NCBI GenBank assembly: GCA_023663615.1
Contig: JAMPHA010000001.1
Coordinates: 153,928 to 217,927, forward strand
Direction of reading: 5' to 3'
Source of the DNA: Clostridium sp.
GTDB taxonomy: Bacteria > Bacillota > Clostridia > Lachnospirales > Lachnospiraceae
Length of the DNA stretch: 64,000 nt
Shown here: positions 25,885 through 35,573 of the stretch, in pieces
Numbering within the stretch: position 1 is the stretch's first letter
How the letters are laid out: each line of letters opens with the position of its first letter
The notes under the pieces: model-generated
What the model was told of the DNA's origin: nothing
Seen by the model: the letters and a program-made list of their open reading frames with translations, nothing else
The model's database searches: none
Program-made: the position numbers and the translations under genes

Positions 25885-27228
25885 ATGGAAAACAATCAAT
25901 ATCTCGGTACGGAAAAGGTCGGCAGACTGCTCAGACAGTTTGCAATTCCCTGCATCTTTTCCCTTATCATCTCGTGTCTTTACAATATCGTCGATCAGAT
26001 TTTTGTCGGCAACGGCGTCGGTTATCTCGGCAATGCCGCAACGGGCGTTATTTTTCCGATCACGGTTGTGGGATGGGGCATGTCGTTATTTTTTGGCGAC
26101 GGCGCGGCAGCGCATTTAAGTGTGGCATTGGGACGCAGTGAGACGGAATCCATTCACAGGGGCGTGGGAAACGCCATTTTGTGCTCGTTTCTCTCCGGCG
26201 TGGTGATCATCGCGATCGGCTACCTGGGCGGCAGTCACTTGCTGCGGCTGATCGGCGCAACGGATGCCAATCTTTCCATGGCGCATGATTACGGATTTAT
26301 CATTTATATTATGATGCCGCTTGCCATGGTGCAGAACACGCTGGCGTCCATCATCCGTGCGGACGGAAGCCCGCGCTACGCGATGGGGGCAATGCTGGTG
26401 GGCGCCGTCATCAATATCATCGGCGATCCGGTCGCGATCTTTGTTTTGGATCTTGGCATCAGGGGCGCTGCCTATGCGACGATCTTCGGACAGTTTGTCA
26501 GCTTCGTGATCTGCGCGGTATATCTTCGGAAAAGCAGAACCTTCCGCATCTGCGCAGGCAGTTTCCGGCTTGACGGTACTTTGTTAAAAAAGATCATGGC
26601 GCTGGGAACGTCCAGTCTTTTGACACAGTTATCCATCGTCATTATCACGGTCATCAACAATATCCTGCTGGTGCGCTACGGGGCAGAGTCCGTATACGAA
26701 GCGGATATTCCGCTTGCCGCGTTTGTCGTGATCATGAAGCTGTTTCAGATCGTGTTAAATATCGCGATCGGTATTGCCGCCGGCGCGCAGCCCATTGTCG
26801 GTTACAATTACGGCGCGGGAAAATACGGGCGCGTGCGGGAGCTGTATCTGAGTATGAACGCGGTACGGGATGCGATCACAGCGCAGGATCAGGCGATCCG
26901 CAGCATTGCGGACAAAGGTTCCTGCGTGATCGTAGGACGTTCGGCGGATCATGTTCTCAGAAACCACAGCAATATCGTGCGGATCTTTATCACCGCGCCC
27001 AAGGCATACCGTGTGGAAAAGATCATGGAAATGTATAAAGACAGCAGAGAGCAGGCGCAAAAGAGCATGGAGCGCTCCGATGCGGCAAGAAAAGCATATT
27101 ATGAAAGTATTACCGGCAAGCGGTGGGGCGATTCCCATGGCTATGAGCTCTGTCTTGACAGCTCGATCGGGATCGAGCAGACGGCGGATCTGATTGTCTC
27201 CTATGTCCGTGCGGTCTGCCCGCAGTAA
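25885..27228 (+). CDS. chimeric ORF: MATE efflux transporter (about TM1-8) fused in frame to the C-terminal half of a cytidylate-kinase-like protein; probable deletion product or pseudogene
   Basis: The start at 25885 follows a GGAGGAGG RBS. The N-terminal part (LLRQFAIPCIFSLIISCLYNIVDQIFVGNGVG...) is MATE-like through AAGAQPIVGYNYGAGKYGRVRELY, the loop after TM8. It then switches to ...IADKGSCVIVGRSADHVLRN...YYESITGKRWGDSHGYELCLDSS..., typical of the Cytidylate_kin2 family. The last four MATE helices and the kinase P-loop half are missing. Confidence 0.6.
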   Translation: MENNQYLGTEKVGRLLRQFAIPCIFSLIISCLYNIVDQIFVGNGVGYLGNAATGVIFPITVVGWGMSLFFGDGAAAHLSVALGRSETESIHRGVGNAILCSFLSGVVIIAIGYLGGSHLLRLIGATDANLSMAHDYGFIIYIMMPLAMVQNTLASIIRADGSPRYAMGAMLVGAVINIIGDPVAIFVLDLGIRGAAYATIFGQFVSFVICAVYLRKSRTFRICAGSFRLDGTLLKKIMALGTSSLLTQLSIVIITVINNILLVRYGAESVYEADIPLAAFVVIMKLFQIVLNIAIGIAAGAQPIVGYNYGAGKYGRVRELYLSMNAVRDAITAQDQAIRSIADKGSCVIVGRSADHVLRNHSNIVRIFITAPKAYRVEKIMEMYKDSREQAQKSMERSDAARKAYYESITGKRWGDSHGYELCLDSSIGIEQTADLIVSYVRAVCPQ

Positions 27229-27393
27229 TGTTTTGAAGGGAAGACGGGTATTTTGCGCTGAGATTTTTTATAAAAAAACAAAAAATGAGACTACCCAAAT
27301 TCCGAGAACCGTGTTAGAATACAGATAAGAGTTGTAATATGTGTCAAAAGTACCGAAACGGCAGTTCGGTCAAAAAGGGAAAGGAGATGCGGT

Positions 27394-27903
27394 ATGCGGA
27401 TCGGAGCAATTGCATATCAGCCGTATGTATATAATACGAACACGGTCAGCGCGGCAAGCTTAAACCGGATCAATGCGCTTCCGGAAGACGGGACGCAGGG
27501 ACGCACGGATTTTGAAGGGCTGACGGATCCTGAGGAAAACCGGAATCCGCTCGGCAAAGGACAGAGCGCGAACTTTATGGATATTTTATCTTCGCAGATG
27601 GCGATGAGCCGGACGAAGAGCGCGATGCTGTTAAAGCCGGCGGCAGCGTCCGAAGATGAGGACGTGATGGCAAGCGCCGTGCAGAAGGATGAGACGACCG
27701 GAAGGGATGCAGCGCAGTCCGTATCGGATATGGCGGGCGGGCAGGACATTCAGCAGAAGGCAGCCGATGAAGCGCTTACGATCGGAGACGAGGAGAGCGG
27801 CGCGACGGGGGCTTCCGCGAACGAGACACAGGATTATGTGATGTCCTATCAGATGCGTCATGCACTGGATGCGTATTCCATGACGATGGGCATGGTCGCA
27901 TAG
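27394..27903 (+). CDS. hypothetical, largely disordered acidic protein (169 aa)
   Basis: AAAGGAGA RBS. Low-complexity composition and no family recognised. Confidence 0.4.
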   Translation: MRIGAIAYQPYVYNTNTVSAASLNRINALPEDGTQGRTDFEGLTDPEENRNPLGKGQSANFMDILSSQMAMSRTKSAMLLKPAAASEDEDVMASAVQKDETTGRDAAQSVSDMAGGQDIQQKAADEALTIGDEESGATGASANETQDYVMSYQMRHALDAYSMTMGMVA

Positions 27904-27904
27904 A

Positions 27905-28115
27905 GCATTTGCGAGGGATAGACGAATGATCTGCGGCGCATGGATTTTGGATGGCGCTGTGAGACAGCGGTGTGGTTCCCGCATGGCGGGAAAGGGCGGC
28001 ATACCGTCTATGTTTCGTAGGGTTTCCCGTGTCACCGCGTTAAGGTCAAAGAGTACAAGTAAAGGTGGTACCGCGTATAACGCCCTTTGCAGAGAATCTG
28101 CGAAGGGCGTTTTTG
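27905..28115 (+). promoter_or_regulatory. T-box riboswitch leader controlling valS
   Basis: Canonical T-box sequence AAAGGTGGTACCGCG at 28061-28075. It is followed by a terminator hairpin, AACGCCCTTTG (28079-28089) pairing with CGAAGGGCGTT (28101-28111), plus a T-run. Candidate Val specifier GUC at 28006-28008. valS is a classic T-box-regulated gene in Firmicutes. Confidence 0.8.
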
Positions 28116-28150
28116 GAACAAAAGGGAGATAGGAAGAAGGAGCGTTTACA

Positions 28151-30814
28151 ATGAGTAAGGAACTGGCAAAGACCTATGAGCCCCATGGCTTGGAGGAGCG
28201 AATCTATCAAAAATGGCTGGACAAAAAATACTTTCATGCGGAGGTGGATGAGACCAAAAAGCCCTTTACCATTGTGATCCCCCCTCCAAACATCACCGGT
28301 CAGCTTCATATGGGACATGCGCTGGACGAGACGATGCAGGACATACTGATCCGTTTTAAGCGGATGCAGGGCTATAACACATTATGGCAGCCGGGAACGG
28401 ACCACGCGAGTATCGCGACGGAGGTTAAGATCATCGAGACCCTGAAAGAGCAGGGAATCGACAAGCACGATCTCGGCAGAGAGAAATTTTTGGAGCGTGC
28501 GTGGGAGTGGAAAAAAGAATACGGCGGACGCATCCTCAACCAGCTCAAAAAGCTCGGTTCGTCCTGTGATTGGGACAGGGAACGCTTTACGATGGACGAG
28601 GGCTGTAATAAGGCAGTGACCGAAGTCTTTGTCAAAATGCACGAAAAAGGCTGGATCTATAGGGGTGCGCGCATGATCAACTGGTGCCCTGTCTGCAATA
28701 CGTCCATCTCCGACGCGGAAGTGGAATATGAGGAGCAGAAAGGATGTTTCTGGCATATCAAGTATCCGCTTGTGGATGAGAACGGACAGCCGAGCAAGAC
28801 GGAGTTTTTGGAATTTGCAACGACGCGTCCGGAGACGATGCTCGGCGATACGGCGGTCGCCGTCCATCCGCAGGATGAGCGTTATGCGTATCTGCACGGG
28901 CGGTCCGTATGGCTGCCGATTGTGAATAAGGCGATCCCCGTTGTGGAGGACGACTATGTGGATATGGAGTTCGGAACGGGCGTTGTCAAGATCACGCCTG
29001 CGCATGATCCGAACGACTTTGAAGTCGGAAAGCGGCACGGACTTGCCCTTGTCAATATTTTGAACGACGATGCGACCATCAACGAGAACGGCGGAAAATA
29101 TCAGGGAATGGACCGCTATGAGGCGAGAAAGCGGATCGTGGAGGAGCTTGATAAGCTCGGACTTCTTGTCCGCATCGAGGATTATTCCCACAACGTCGGC
29201 ACGCACGACCGCTGCGGCACGACGATCGAGCCGATGGTAAAAGAGCAATGGTTTGTCAGGATGGAGGAGCTGATCAAACCCGCCGTGAAAGCGGTAAAGG
29301 ACGGCGAGGTGAAGCTCATTCCCGAAAGCATGAAAAAGACCTATTTTAACTGGACCGATAATATCCGCGACTGGTGTATTTCCAGACAGCTCTGGTGGGG
29401 ACACCGGATCCCGGCCTATTACTGCGGCGGATGCGGGGAGACGGTAGTCGCAAAAGAGCAGCCGTCAGTATGTCCGAAGTGCGGCGGCACGCATTTTACG
29501 CAGGACGAGGATACGCTCGATACATGGTTTTCCTCGGCGCTCTGGCCGTTTTCGACGCTCGGCTGGCCCGAAAAGACAAAGGAGCTTTCCTATTTTTATC
29601 CGACGGATGTGCTTGTGACCGGATACGACATCATCTTTTTCTGGGTCATCCGCATGATCTTTTCGGGTTATGAGCAGATGGGAGAGCGCCCGTTCCATAC
29701 CGTACTGTTCCACGGGCTGGTGCGGGATTCCGAGGGACGCAAAATGTCAAAATCGCTCGGCAACGGCATCGATCCGCTGGAGGTGATCGAAAAGTACGGC
29801 GCGGATGCGCTGCGCCTGACGCTCATCACGGGCAACGCACCCGGCAATGATATGCGTTTTTACTATGAGCGCGTGGAGGCGAACCGCAATTTCTGCAATA
29901 AAATATGGAACGCATCCCGTTTCATCCTGATGAATATGGGCGGGAAGGAAGTTCATGCGCCTGCGCCCGAAACGCTGCAGCCGGTGGACGAGTGGATCAT
30001 TTCGAAGCTCAATGACGTGGTGCGTGAAGTGACCGACAATATGGAGCATTATGAGCTTGGGATCGCCGTACAGAAAATTTATGATTTTATTTGGGATGAA
30101 TTCTGCGACTGGTATATTGAGATGGTAAAGCCGCGCCTGTATAATACGGATGATAAGGAGAGCCAGAACGCCGCGCTTTATACCTTAAAGACCGTTCTGA
30201 TCGACGCCTTAAAGCTGCTGCATCCGTACATGCCGTTCATCACGGAGGAAATCTTTACGACGCTGCAGAGCGAAGAAGAATCCATCATGGTCAGCGCATG
30301 GCCGGTCTATGACGGGGCGAAGGCATTCAAGAAGCAGGAACAAGCGATCGAGACGATCAAGGAGGCGGTGCGCGGCATCCGCAATGTGCGCGCGCAGATG
30401 AACGTTGTTCCGAGCCGCAAGGCGCTCGTGTATGTCGTATCGGAAAGCGAAGAACTACTTCAGATCTTTGAAGAGGGAAAATTGTTCTTCCAGTCGCTCG
30501 CTTATGCGTCTGACGTTTTATTGCAGAAGGACAAGAGCGGCATCGCCGATGACGCCGTATCGGTCGTGATCCCGAATGCGACGTTGTACATCCCGTTTGC
30601 GGAGCTTGTGGACATCGGCAAAGAGATCGAGCGCCTTCGCAAAGAGGAGCAGCGGCTGACGGGCGAGCTTGCGCGTGTGAACGGGATGCTCTCGAACGAG
30701 CGCTTTATCGGGAAAGCGCCGGCGGCGAAAATTGCCGAGGAGCGCGCAAAGCTGGAGAAATATGAGCAGATGATGGCGCAGGTGCAAGAACGGCTGCGTC
30801 AGCTTGAAAAATAG
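28151..30814 (+). CDS. valS: valine--tRNA ligase
   Basis: 887 aa with the class I motifs PPPNITGQLHMGHAL (HIGH) and KMSKSLGN (KMSKS), and a C-terminal coiled coil. Confidence 0.97.
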   Translation: MSKELAKTYEPHGLEERIYQKWLDKKYFHAEVDETKKPFTIVIPPPNITGQLHMGHALDETMQDILIRFKRMQGYNTLWQPGTDHASIATEVKIIETLKEQGIDKHDLGREKFLERAWEWKKEYGGRILNQLKKLGSSCDWDRERFTMDEGCNKAVTEVFVKMHEKGWIYRGARMINWCPVCNTSISDAEVEYEEQKGCFWHIKYPLVDENGQPSKTEFLEFATTRPETMLGDTAVAVHPQDERYAYLHGRSVWLPIVNKAIPVVEDDYVDMEFGTGVVKITPAHDPNDFEVGKRHGLALVNILNDDATINENGGKYQGMDRYEARKRIVEELDKLGLLVRIEDYSHNVGTHDRCGTTIEPMVKEQWFVRMEELIKPAVKAVKDGEVKLIPESMKKTYFNWTDNIRDWCISRQLWWGHRIPAYYCGGCGETVVAKEQPSVCPKCGGTHFTQDEDTLDTWFSSALWPFSTLGWPEKTKELSYFYPTDVLVTGYDIIFFWVIRMIFSGYEQMGERPFHTVLFHGLVRDSEGRKMSKSLGNGIDPLEVIEKYGADALRLTLITGNAPGNDMRFYYERVEANRNFCNKIWNASRFILMNMGGKEVHAPAPETLQPVDEWIISKLNDVVREVTDNMEHYELGIAVQKIYDFIWDEFCDWYIEMVKPRLYNTDDKESQNAALYTLKTVLIDALKLLHPYMPFITEEIFTTLQSEEESIMVSAWPVYDGAKAFKKQEQAIETIKEAVRGIRNVRAQMNVVPSRKALVYVVSESEELLQIFEEGKLFFQSLAYASDVLLQKDKSGIADDAVSVVIPNATLYIPFAELVDIGKEIERLRKEEQRLTGELARVNGMLSNERFIGKAPAAKIAEERAKLEKYEQMMAQVQERLRQLEK

Positions 30815-30904
30815 ACCGCAAATGGTTGTAAAGGTCAGGGAAGACGCATATCAGTGTAAATAGGCAGTCTGTTTCTGCCGGAGAGGGAAGGGAAGGAAAG
30901 CGGT

Positions 30905-32347
30905 ATGGAAATAGAACAGGGGACGCAATCAGAGGTGCAGGAGACCGTACAGGACGATTGGGCGCTTGCCGGGAATCATATCACGATTTCCGAAGATTCC
31001 ATGCAGGCATTTCTCTTTTTACAGCCCAAGCCGAACGGGGAGAGTTATGACAGGGAAGAATTAAAGGAGCGTCTTCGCGCCGAGGGTGTTGTCAGCGGCT
31101 TTCATGAGTCGAATCTGGCGGCAATGGCCAAAAAGAAGGTGTATAACAGGGAAGTGCTCGTCGCGCAGGGAGCTCCTCCCATACCGGGAACGCCCGGTCG
31201 TTATGACTATGAGATCGAGACGGAAGATTATGCGAAGCATCCGCGTATCCGCGAGGATGGTTCGGTGGATTATCAGAGCATGAATCTGTTGCAGAATGTG
31301 CAGGAAGGACAGGTGATCGCCGTTTATCACGCGGCGGTGCAGGGAACGGACGGAGAGGATGTGCGCGGACGGAGACTGCGCGCGGAGGTGTGCAGAGAGC
31401 TTCCGGCGCTGCGCGGACGCGGGATCGCCTTAAAAGAGGGAACCGAAGAGCCGACCTATATTGCGCAGACGGAAGGAAAGCTGATATTCAGGGACGATCA
31501 GATCGAGATTTGTAATGTCCACGAGATCAAGGGCGATGTGGATATTTTGATTGGCAAAGTGGAATTTTTCGGCGATATTGTGATCGACGGCAACGTTGCG
31601 GCTGGAACGGTCATCCGGGCGGGAAAGAGCCTGACGATCAGCGGCACGGTCGAGGGCGCGGATATTTATGCGGGCGGCGACATCGTTCTGCGCCGCGGCG
31701 TACAGGGGAATGAAAAGGGACGCATCCGCTCCAGAGGAAATGTGTATGCCGACTTTTTGGAGCATTGCACGGTCGAGGCGCGGGGTAACGTTATGGCAAA
31801 CTATATCCTGAATTCAGAGGTGGCGGCGGAAGGCGAAGTAACGGCAACCGGAAGACGCGGTATGATTCTTGGCGGCTATGTCCATGGTTTTCAGGGGATT
31901 AAGGCGATGTGCGTCGGCAGCGATAAAGAGATCAAGACCATTCTCCATGCAGGCTGCGAGCAGAAGGTCTACGAGCAGAATATTGAAAACCGCAGAGAGG
32001 AAGCGGAGATCATGCAGCAGCTGGAGGAGATGGAGGATCGCGCAGAAGTGCTCCGCAAACAGCTGACGATCCGTTCTAAGGATCAGACGCTCATCCGCGA
32101 GTGCAATGAGCTGCTTCAGGAGCGGGAGAAGCTGACGGAGCGCGCAAAGGAGCTGCAGGCCGAGAAACAGATGCTGCAAAAGCAGATGGAGGAAGGGCGG
32201 CAGTCCGCGATCCGCGTGGAAGATAAGCTCTATGCCGGATCGGTCATCAGCGTGAATAACGCGCAGCAGGCAATCACCGCGAACACCTGCTTTATGCAGT
32301 ACAAGAGTATTTCCGGCATCATTCAGGGAACTGTTATCCGGGTATAA
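30905..32347 (+). CDS. FapA-family (DUF342) protein
   Basis: 480 aa. The central repetitive beta-helix-like G-rich segment (GDVDILIGKVEFFGDIVIDGNVAAGTVIRAGKSLTISGTVEGADIYAGGDIVL...) plus a C-terminal coiled coil is typical of DUF342. Confidence 0.65.
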   Translation: MEIEQGTQSEVQETVQDDWALAGNHITISEDSMQAFLFLQPKPNGESYDREELKERLRAEGVVSGFHESNLAAMAKKKVYNREVLVAQGAPPIPGTPGRYDYEIETEDYAKHPRIREDGSVDYQSMNLLQNVQEGQVIAVYHAAVQGTDGEDVRGRRLRAEVCRELPALRGRGIALKEGTEEPTYIAQTEGKLIFRDDQIEICNVHEIKGDVDILIGKVEFFGDIVIDGNVAAGTVIRAGKSLTISGTVEGADIYAGGDIVLRRGVQGNEKGRIRSRGNVYADFLEHCTVEARGNVMANYILNSEVAAEGEVTATGRRGMILGGYVHGFQGIKAMCVGSDKEIKTILHAGCEQKVYEQNIENRREEAEIMQQLEEMEDRAEVLRKQLTIRSKDQTLIRECNELLQEREKLTERAKELQAEKQMLQKQMEEGRQSAIRVEDKLYAGSVISVNNAQQAITANTCFMQYKSISGIIQGTVIRV

Positions 32348-32472
32348 CGAATCTTAGGGCATAGCGGGCAGAACGGTATCGCAAAAGAATCGGGCATAGC
32401 GGGCAGAACGGTATTGCAGGGATCGGAGCATAGCGGACAGGAAGAGATCGGGCATCAGGGCGTAACAGACAG

Positions 32473-33912
32473 ATGGAACAGATAACATATCAGGAGGCGA
32501 CGGCGTATCTTTTGTCGATACCCAAATTTACGGGAAAGCATACGATGGAGGATACGCGCCGTTTTTATCAATTTATGGGGAGTCCGTGCGCGGATGCGCG
32601 GATCATCCATGTAGCGGGGACGAACGGGAAGGGATCGGTCTGTACCTACCTGCGGAGCATGTTGGAGCGGTGCGCTCATCATACCGCGCTGTTTGTATCA
32701 CCGCATCTGGTGACGATGCGGGAGCGTTTTCTTTTTGACGGGGAACCGGTTTCCGAGGAGGCGTTTTGCGCATCGTTTGCCGCTGTCGCGAGGGCGCTCT
32801 GCGCCTATCAGGGAAAAAAGGATGCCGTATCGCTAAAGACGCTGCGGGAGCTTTCTTATCATCCGTCCTTTTTTGAAATGTTGTTTTTTATGTTCCTGCA
32901 ATGTAAGGAAACGGCGGGGGCGGATGACGTGATCTTAGAGACGGGGCTTGGCGGCAGGCTGGACGCGACGAACTGTATGCCGAAGAAAGCGCTGTGCGTG
33001 ATCACGCGGATCGCGCTGGATCACACGGAATATCTGGGGGATACGACGGCACAGATCGCGCGGGAAAAAGCGGGGATCTTCCGGCAGGGAACGCCGGTGG
33101 TCAGTCTGTATTCCGATAAAGAAAGCAAAGAGGTCATCGAAACGTGCGCAAAAGAGCGGAACGCGCCGCTTGTGTTTGTCGATTCGCGCGATTTCAAAAT
33201 TGAAGGAATTACCAACAAAAGCATTGCTTTTTCGTTTCAATCTGTATATTATAATTCTATCAGCCTTTCACTCGCAACCACCGCGTGCTATCAGGCGGAG
33301 AACGCCGCGCTCGCGCTGCGGGCGTTAGAGGTGCTTTCGCAGGACGCAGGATGGAAAAAGAGCATCGCAGCGGGACAGGAAACGACAGCCGCGGCGGAAC
33401 AGAAGGCGGCAGCCGGGGCGGGAGAGGCGTTTGGTTTGGCGGCGCCCCCTACGGAGCGCGAACTGCGGGAGGGACTTGCGGCGGCGCATTGGGAAGGGCG
33501 GATGGAAGAAGTATTGCCGGAAGTGTATCTGGACGGAGCGCATAATGAGGACGGGATACGGGCGCTGCTTCATACGGTGCGGCGGACCGGGCCGGACAGG
33601 GAGAATGTGCTCATACTTGCCATTGTGGCGGACAAGCGCTATGAAAGGATGGCGGAGCTGATCGCGCGTTCCGGATTGTTTTTGAGGGTATATGTGACGT
33701 CTGCGGGCGGGGAGAGAGCGCTTGCGCAGGAAGCGCTTGCCGGGGCGTTGATCAGTTATGGACAAAGGAATTGTATGGTGTATGAGCAGCCGGAGCAGGC
33801 ATTTTCATGCTGCCTTGCGGAGCGCGCGGAGAATGAGCGCGTATACGTTGCCGGTTCCTTATACTTGATCGGGCGGATAAAGGCATATTTAGGGAGGAAT
33901 TCTGATGATTAA
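32473..33912 (+). CDS. folC: bifunctional folylpolyglutamate synthase / dihydrofolate synthase
   Basis: P-loop HVAGTNGKGSV and Mur-ligase-like middle and C-terminal domains. The valS-folC synteny matches Bacillus. It contains an Ala-rich insertion (about 33340-33465). Confidence 0.9.
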   Translation: MEQITYQEATAYLLSIPKFTGKHTMEDTRRFYQFMGSPCADARIIHVAGTNGKGSVCTYLRSMLERCAHHTALFVSPHLVTMRERFLFDGEPVSEEAFCASFAAVARALCAYQGKKDAVSLKTLRELSYHPSFFEMLFFMFLQCKETAGADDVILETGLGGRLDATNCMPKKALCVITRIALDHTEYLGDTTAQIAREKAGIFRQGTPVVSLYSDKESKEVIETCAKERNAPLVFVDSRDFKIEGITNKSIAFSFQSVYYNSISLSLATTACYQAENAALALRALEVLSQDAGWKKSIAAGQETTAAAEQKAAAGAGEAFGLAAPPTERELREGLAAAHWEGRMEEVLPEVYLDGAHNEDGIRALLHTVRRTGPDRENVLILAIVADKRYERMAELIARSGLFLRVYVTSAGGERALAQEALAGALISYGQRNCMVYEQPEQAFSCCLAERAENERVYVAGSLYLIGRIKAYLGRNSDD

Positions 33913-34048
33913 CTTTGAGGAGGAGCTCAAGAAGTTTCATCCCAGCGTAGAGATAGAAGAGGCAGAGGATGTGTTATACAGTCAGGATACGACGGATTTA
34001 GCTGACGTACTGGTAGATGTGATCAAAGAGGCAAAGGAAGAAGAATAG
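33905..34048 (+). CDS. candidate 47-aa acidic micro-protein (MINFEEELKKFHPSVEIEEAEDVLYSQDTTDLADVLVDVIKEAKEEE)
   Basis: Hand-found ORF below the track threshold. Its ATG at 33905 overlaps the last codons of folC (TCTGATGATTAA). The preceding AGGGAGGAA (33892-33900) can serve as RBS. Confidence 0.3.
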   Translation: MINFEEELKKFHPSVEIEEAEDVLYSQDTTDLADVLVDVIKEAKEEE

Positions 34049-34058
34049 GAGCGACGCT

Positions 34059-35465
34059 ATGGAGTGTTATAACTGCGGCTGTCTCCTGACGGAAAACGAA
34101 TTTTGTACGAACTGCGGGGCGGATGTACGGGTTTACAAAAAGATCATTTCGGCGTCCAACCGCTATTACAATATCGGCTTGGAGAGAGCAGGTGTCAGAG
34201 ATCTGTCGGGGGCGGCGGAAAGTCTCAGGCAGTGTCTGAAATTAAATAAGAACCATGTGGAAGCGAGAAACCTTCTCGGACTGATCTACTATGAGACGGG
34301 AGAGGTCGTTTCCGCCTTAAACGAGTGGGTGATGAGCAAGAACATCAAACCGCTCAAGAATATTGCGGACGATTATATTGAGGATATTCGATCGAATCCG
34401 ACGCAGCTCGATACGCTGACGCAGGCGGTCAAAAAGTACAATCAGGCGCTGAATTACTGTATGCAGGACAGCGTGGACTTAGCGGTCATCCAACTGAAAA
34501 AAGTGCTGTCCATGAATCCGAAATACTTACAGGCGCATCAGCTTCTGGCATTGATCTATATGAGTCAGGAAGATTGGGACAGAGCGGAAAAGGAAGTCGA
34601 AAAAGCGCTGCGCATCGACACGAGCAACACGCTGACGATGCGGTATATGAAAGAGATCGACTTTGCGGTCAGTCAGGAGGAGGGCAGAAATCCCTCTAAG
34701 AAAAAGAGCAAGGATCAGAACGCAAAGAAATATAAGAGCGGCAATGATACGGTGATCCAGCCCATCAATAATAAGGATTCCAGAGGACTTTCCACGATCA
34801 TCAATATCATCATCGGCGTGCTGATCGGTCTTGCCATTGCGATCTTTCTGATCCTTCCCGCGCAGATCCAGACGGAAGTGTCTAAAGTAAATGAGCAGAT
34901 CACGGAATACAGTGAGCTGTTGACGCGCAGGGCGGCGGATGTGCAGGAGCGGGAGGCGCAGATCGAGGATCTGAACCGGAAGCTCGCAGAGACGCAGGAG
35001 GCGCTTGACGCCTATACGGGAACGGACGGCACGATCGCTGCTTACGAGCAGCTTTTGGAGGCGGTCAGCCTCTATATGCAGGAGGAGCCCGACGTCATGG
35101 CGGTTGCGGACAGCCTCGGCAAGATCGACGAGGATTATGTGGAGGAAGAAGCGCCCGATTATTTTGCCAATGTATATCATGAACTGCTCACACTGATCGG
35201 TCCCGATGTCTCAAAGTCCTACTATCAGACGGGTATGGCGGAGTACAATGTGCAGAACTATTCGGAGGCGGTCAACTATTTCCTGATGGCAGTTTCCTTT
35301 GACGAAACGGATTCCATGGCGCTCTATCAATTGGCGGAATCCTATTACCGCAGCGATGATATGGAGAATGCGGCGGTCTATTATAACCGCGTGATAGAGC
35401 TGTTCCCCGGCAGGACGTCGGCGATCAACGCGCAGAGGCGCTTAAGGGAGATTGAGCAGCAGTAG
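34059..35465 (+). CDS. zinc-ribbon / TPR-repeat membrane protein
   Basis: N-terminal CYNCGC...CTNCG zinc ribbon, TPR-like repeats on both sides of one TM helix (IINIIIGVLIGLAIAIFLIL), and a coiled coil. Confidence 0.6.
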   Translation: MECYNCGCLLTENEFCTNCGADVRVYKKIISASNRYYNIGLERAGVRDLSGAAESLRQCLKLNKNHVEARNLLGLIYYETGEVVSALNEWVMSKNIKPLKNIADDYIEDIRSNPTQLDTLTQAVKKYNQALNYCMQDSVDLAVIQLKKVLSMNPKYLQAHQLLALIYMSQEDWDRAEKEVEKALRIDTSNTLTMRYMKEIDFAVSQEEGRNPSKKKSKDQNAKKYKSGNDTVIQPINNKDSRGLSTIINIIIGVLIGLAIAIFLILPAQIQTEVSKVNEQITEYSELLTRRAADVQEREAQIEDLNRKLAETQEALDAYTGTDGTIAAYEQLLEAVSLYMQEEPDVMAVADSLGKIDEDYVEEEAPDYFANVYHELLTLIGPDVSKSYYQTGMAEYNVQNYSEAVNYFLMAVSFDETDSMALYQLAESYYRSDDMENAAVYYNRVIELFPGRTSAINAQRRLREIEQQ

Positions 35466-35541
35466 CGGCAGCTGCGTGCGGACGGACGTCGGCGGCCGTG
35501 CAGCGGAAACGCGGACAGGCATAAGAACAGAACGACACAAA

Positions 35542-35573
35542 AGAGAACATCAAAAGAGATGTTCTCTTTTTTT
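35542..35573 (+). terminator. rho-independent terminator
   Basis: AGAGAACATC (35542-35551) pairs with GATGTTCTCT (35558-35567) across a 6-nt loop, followed by T7. Confidence 0.7.
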
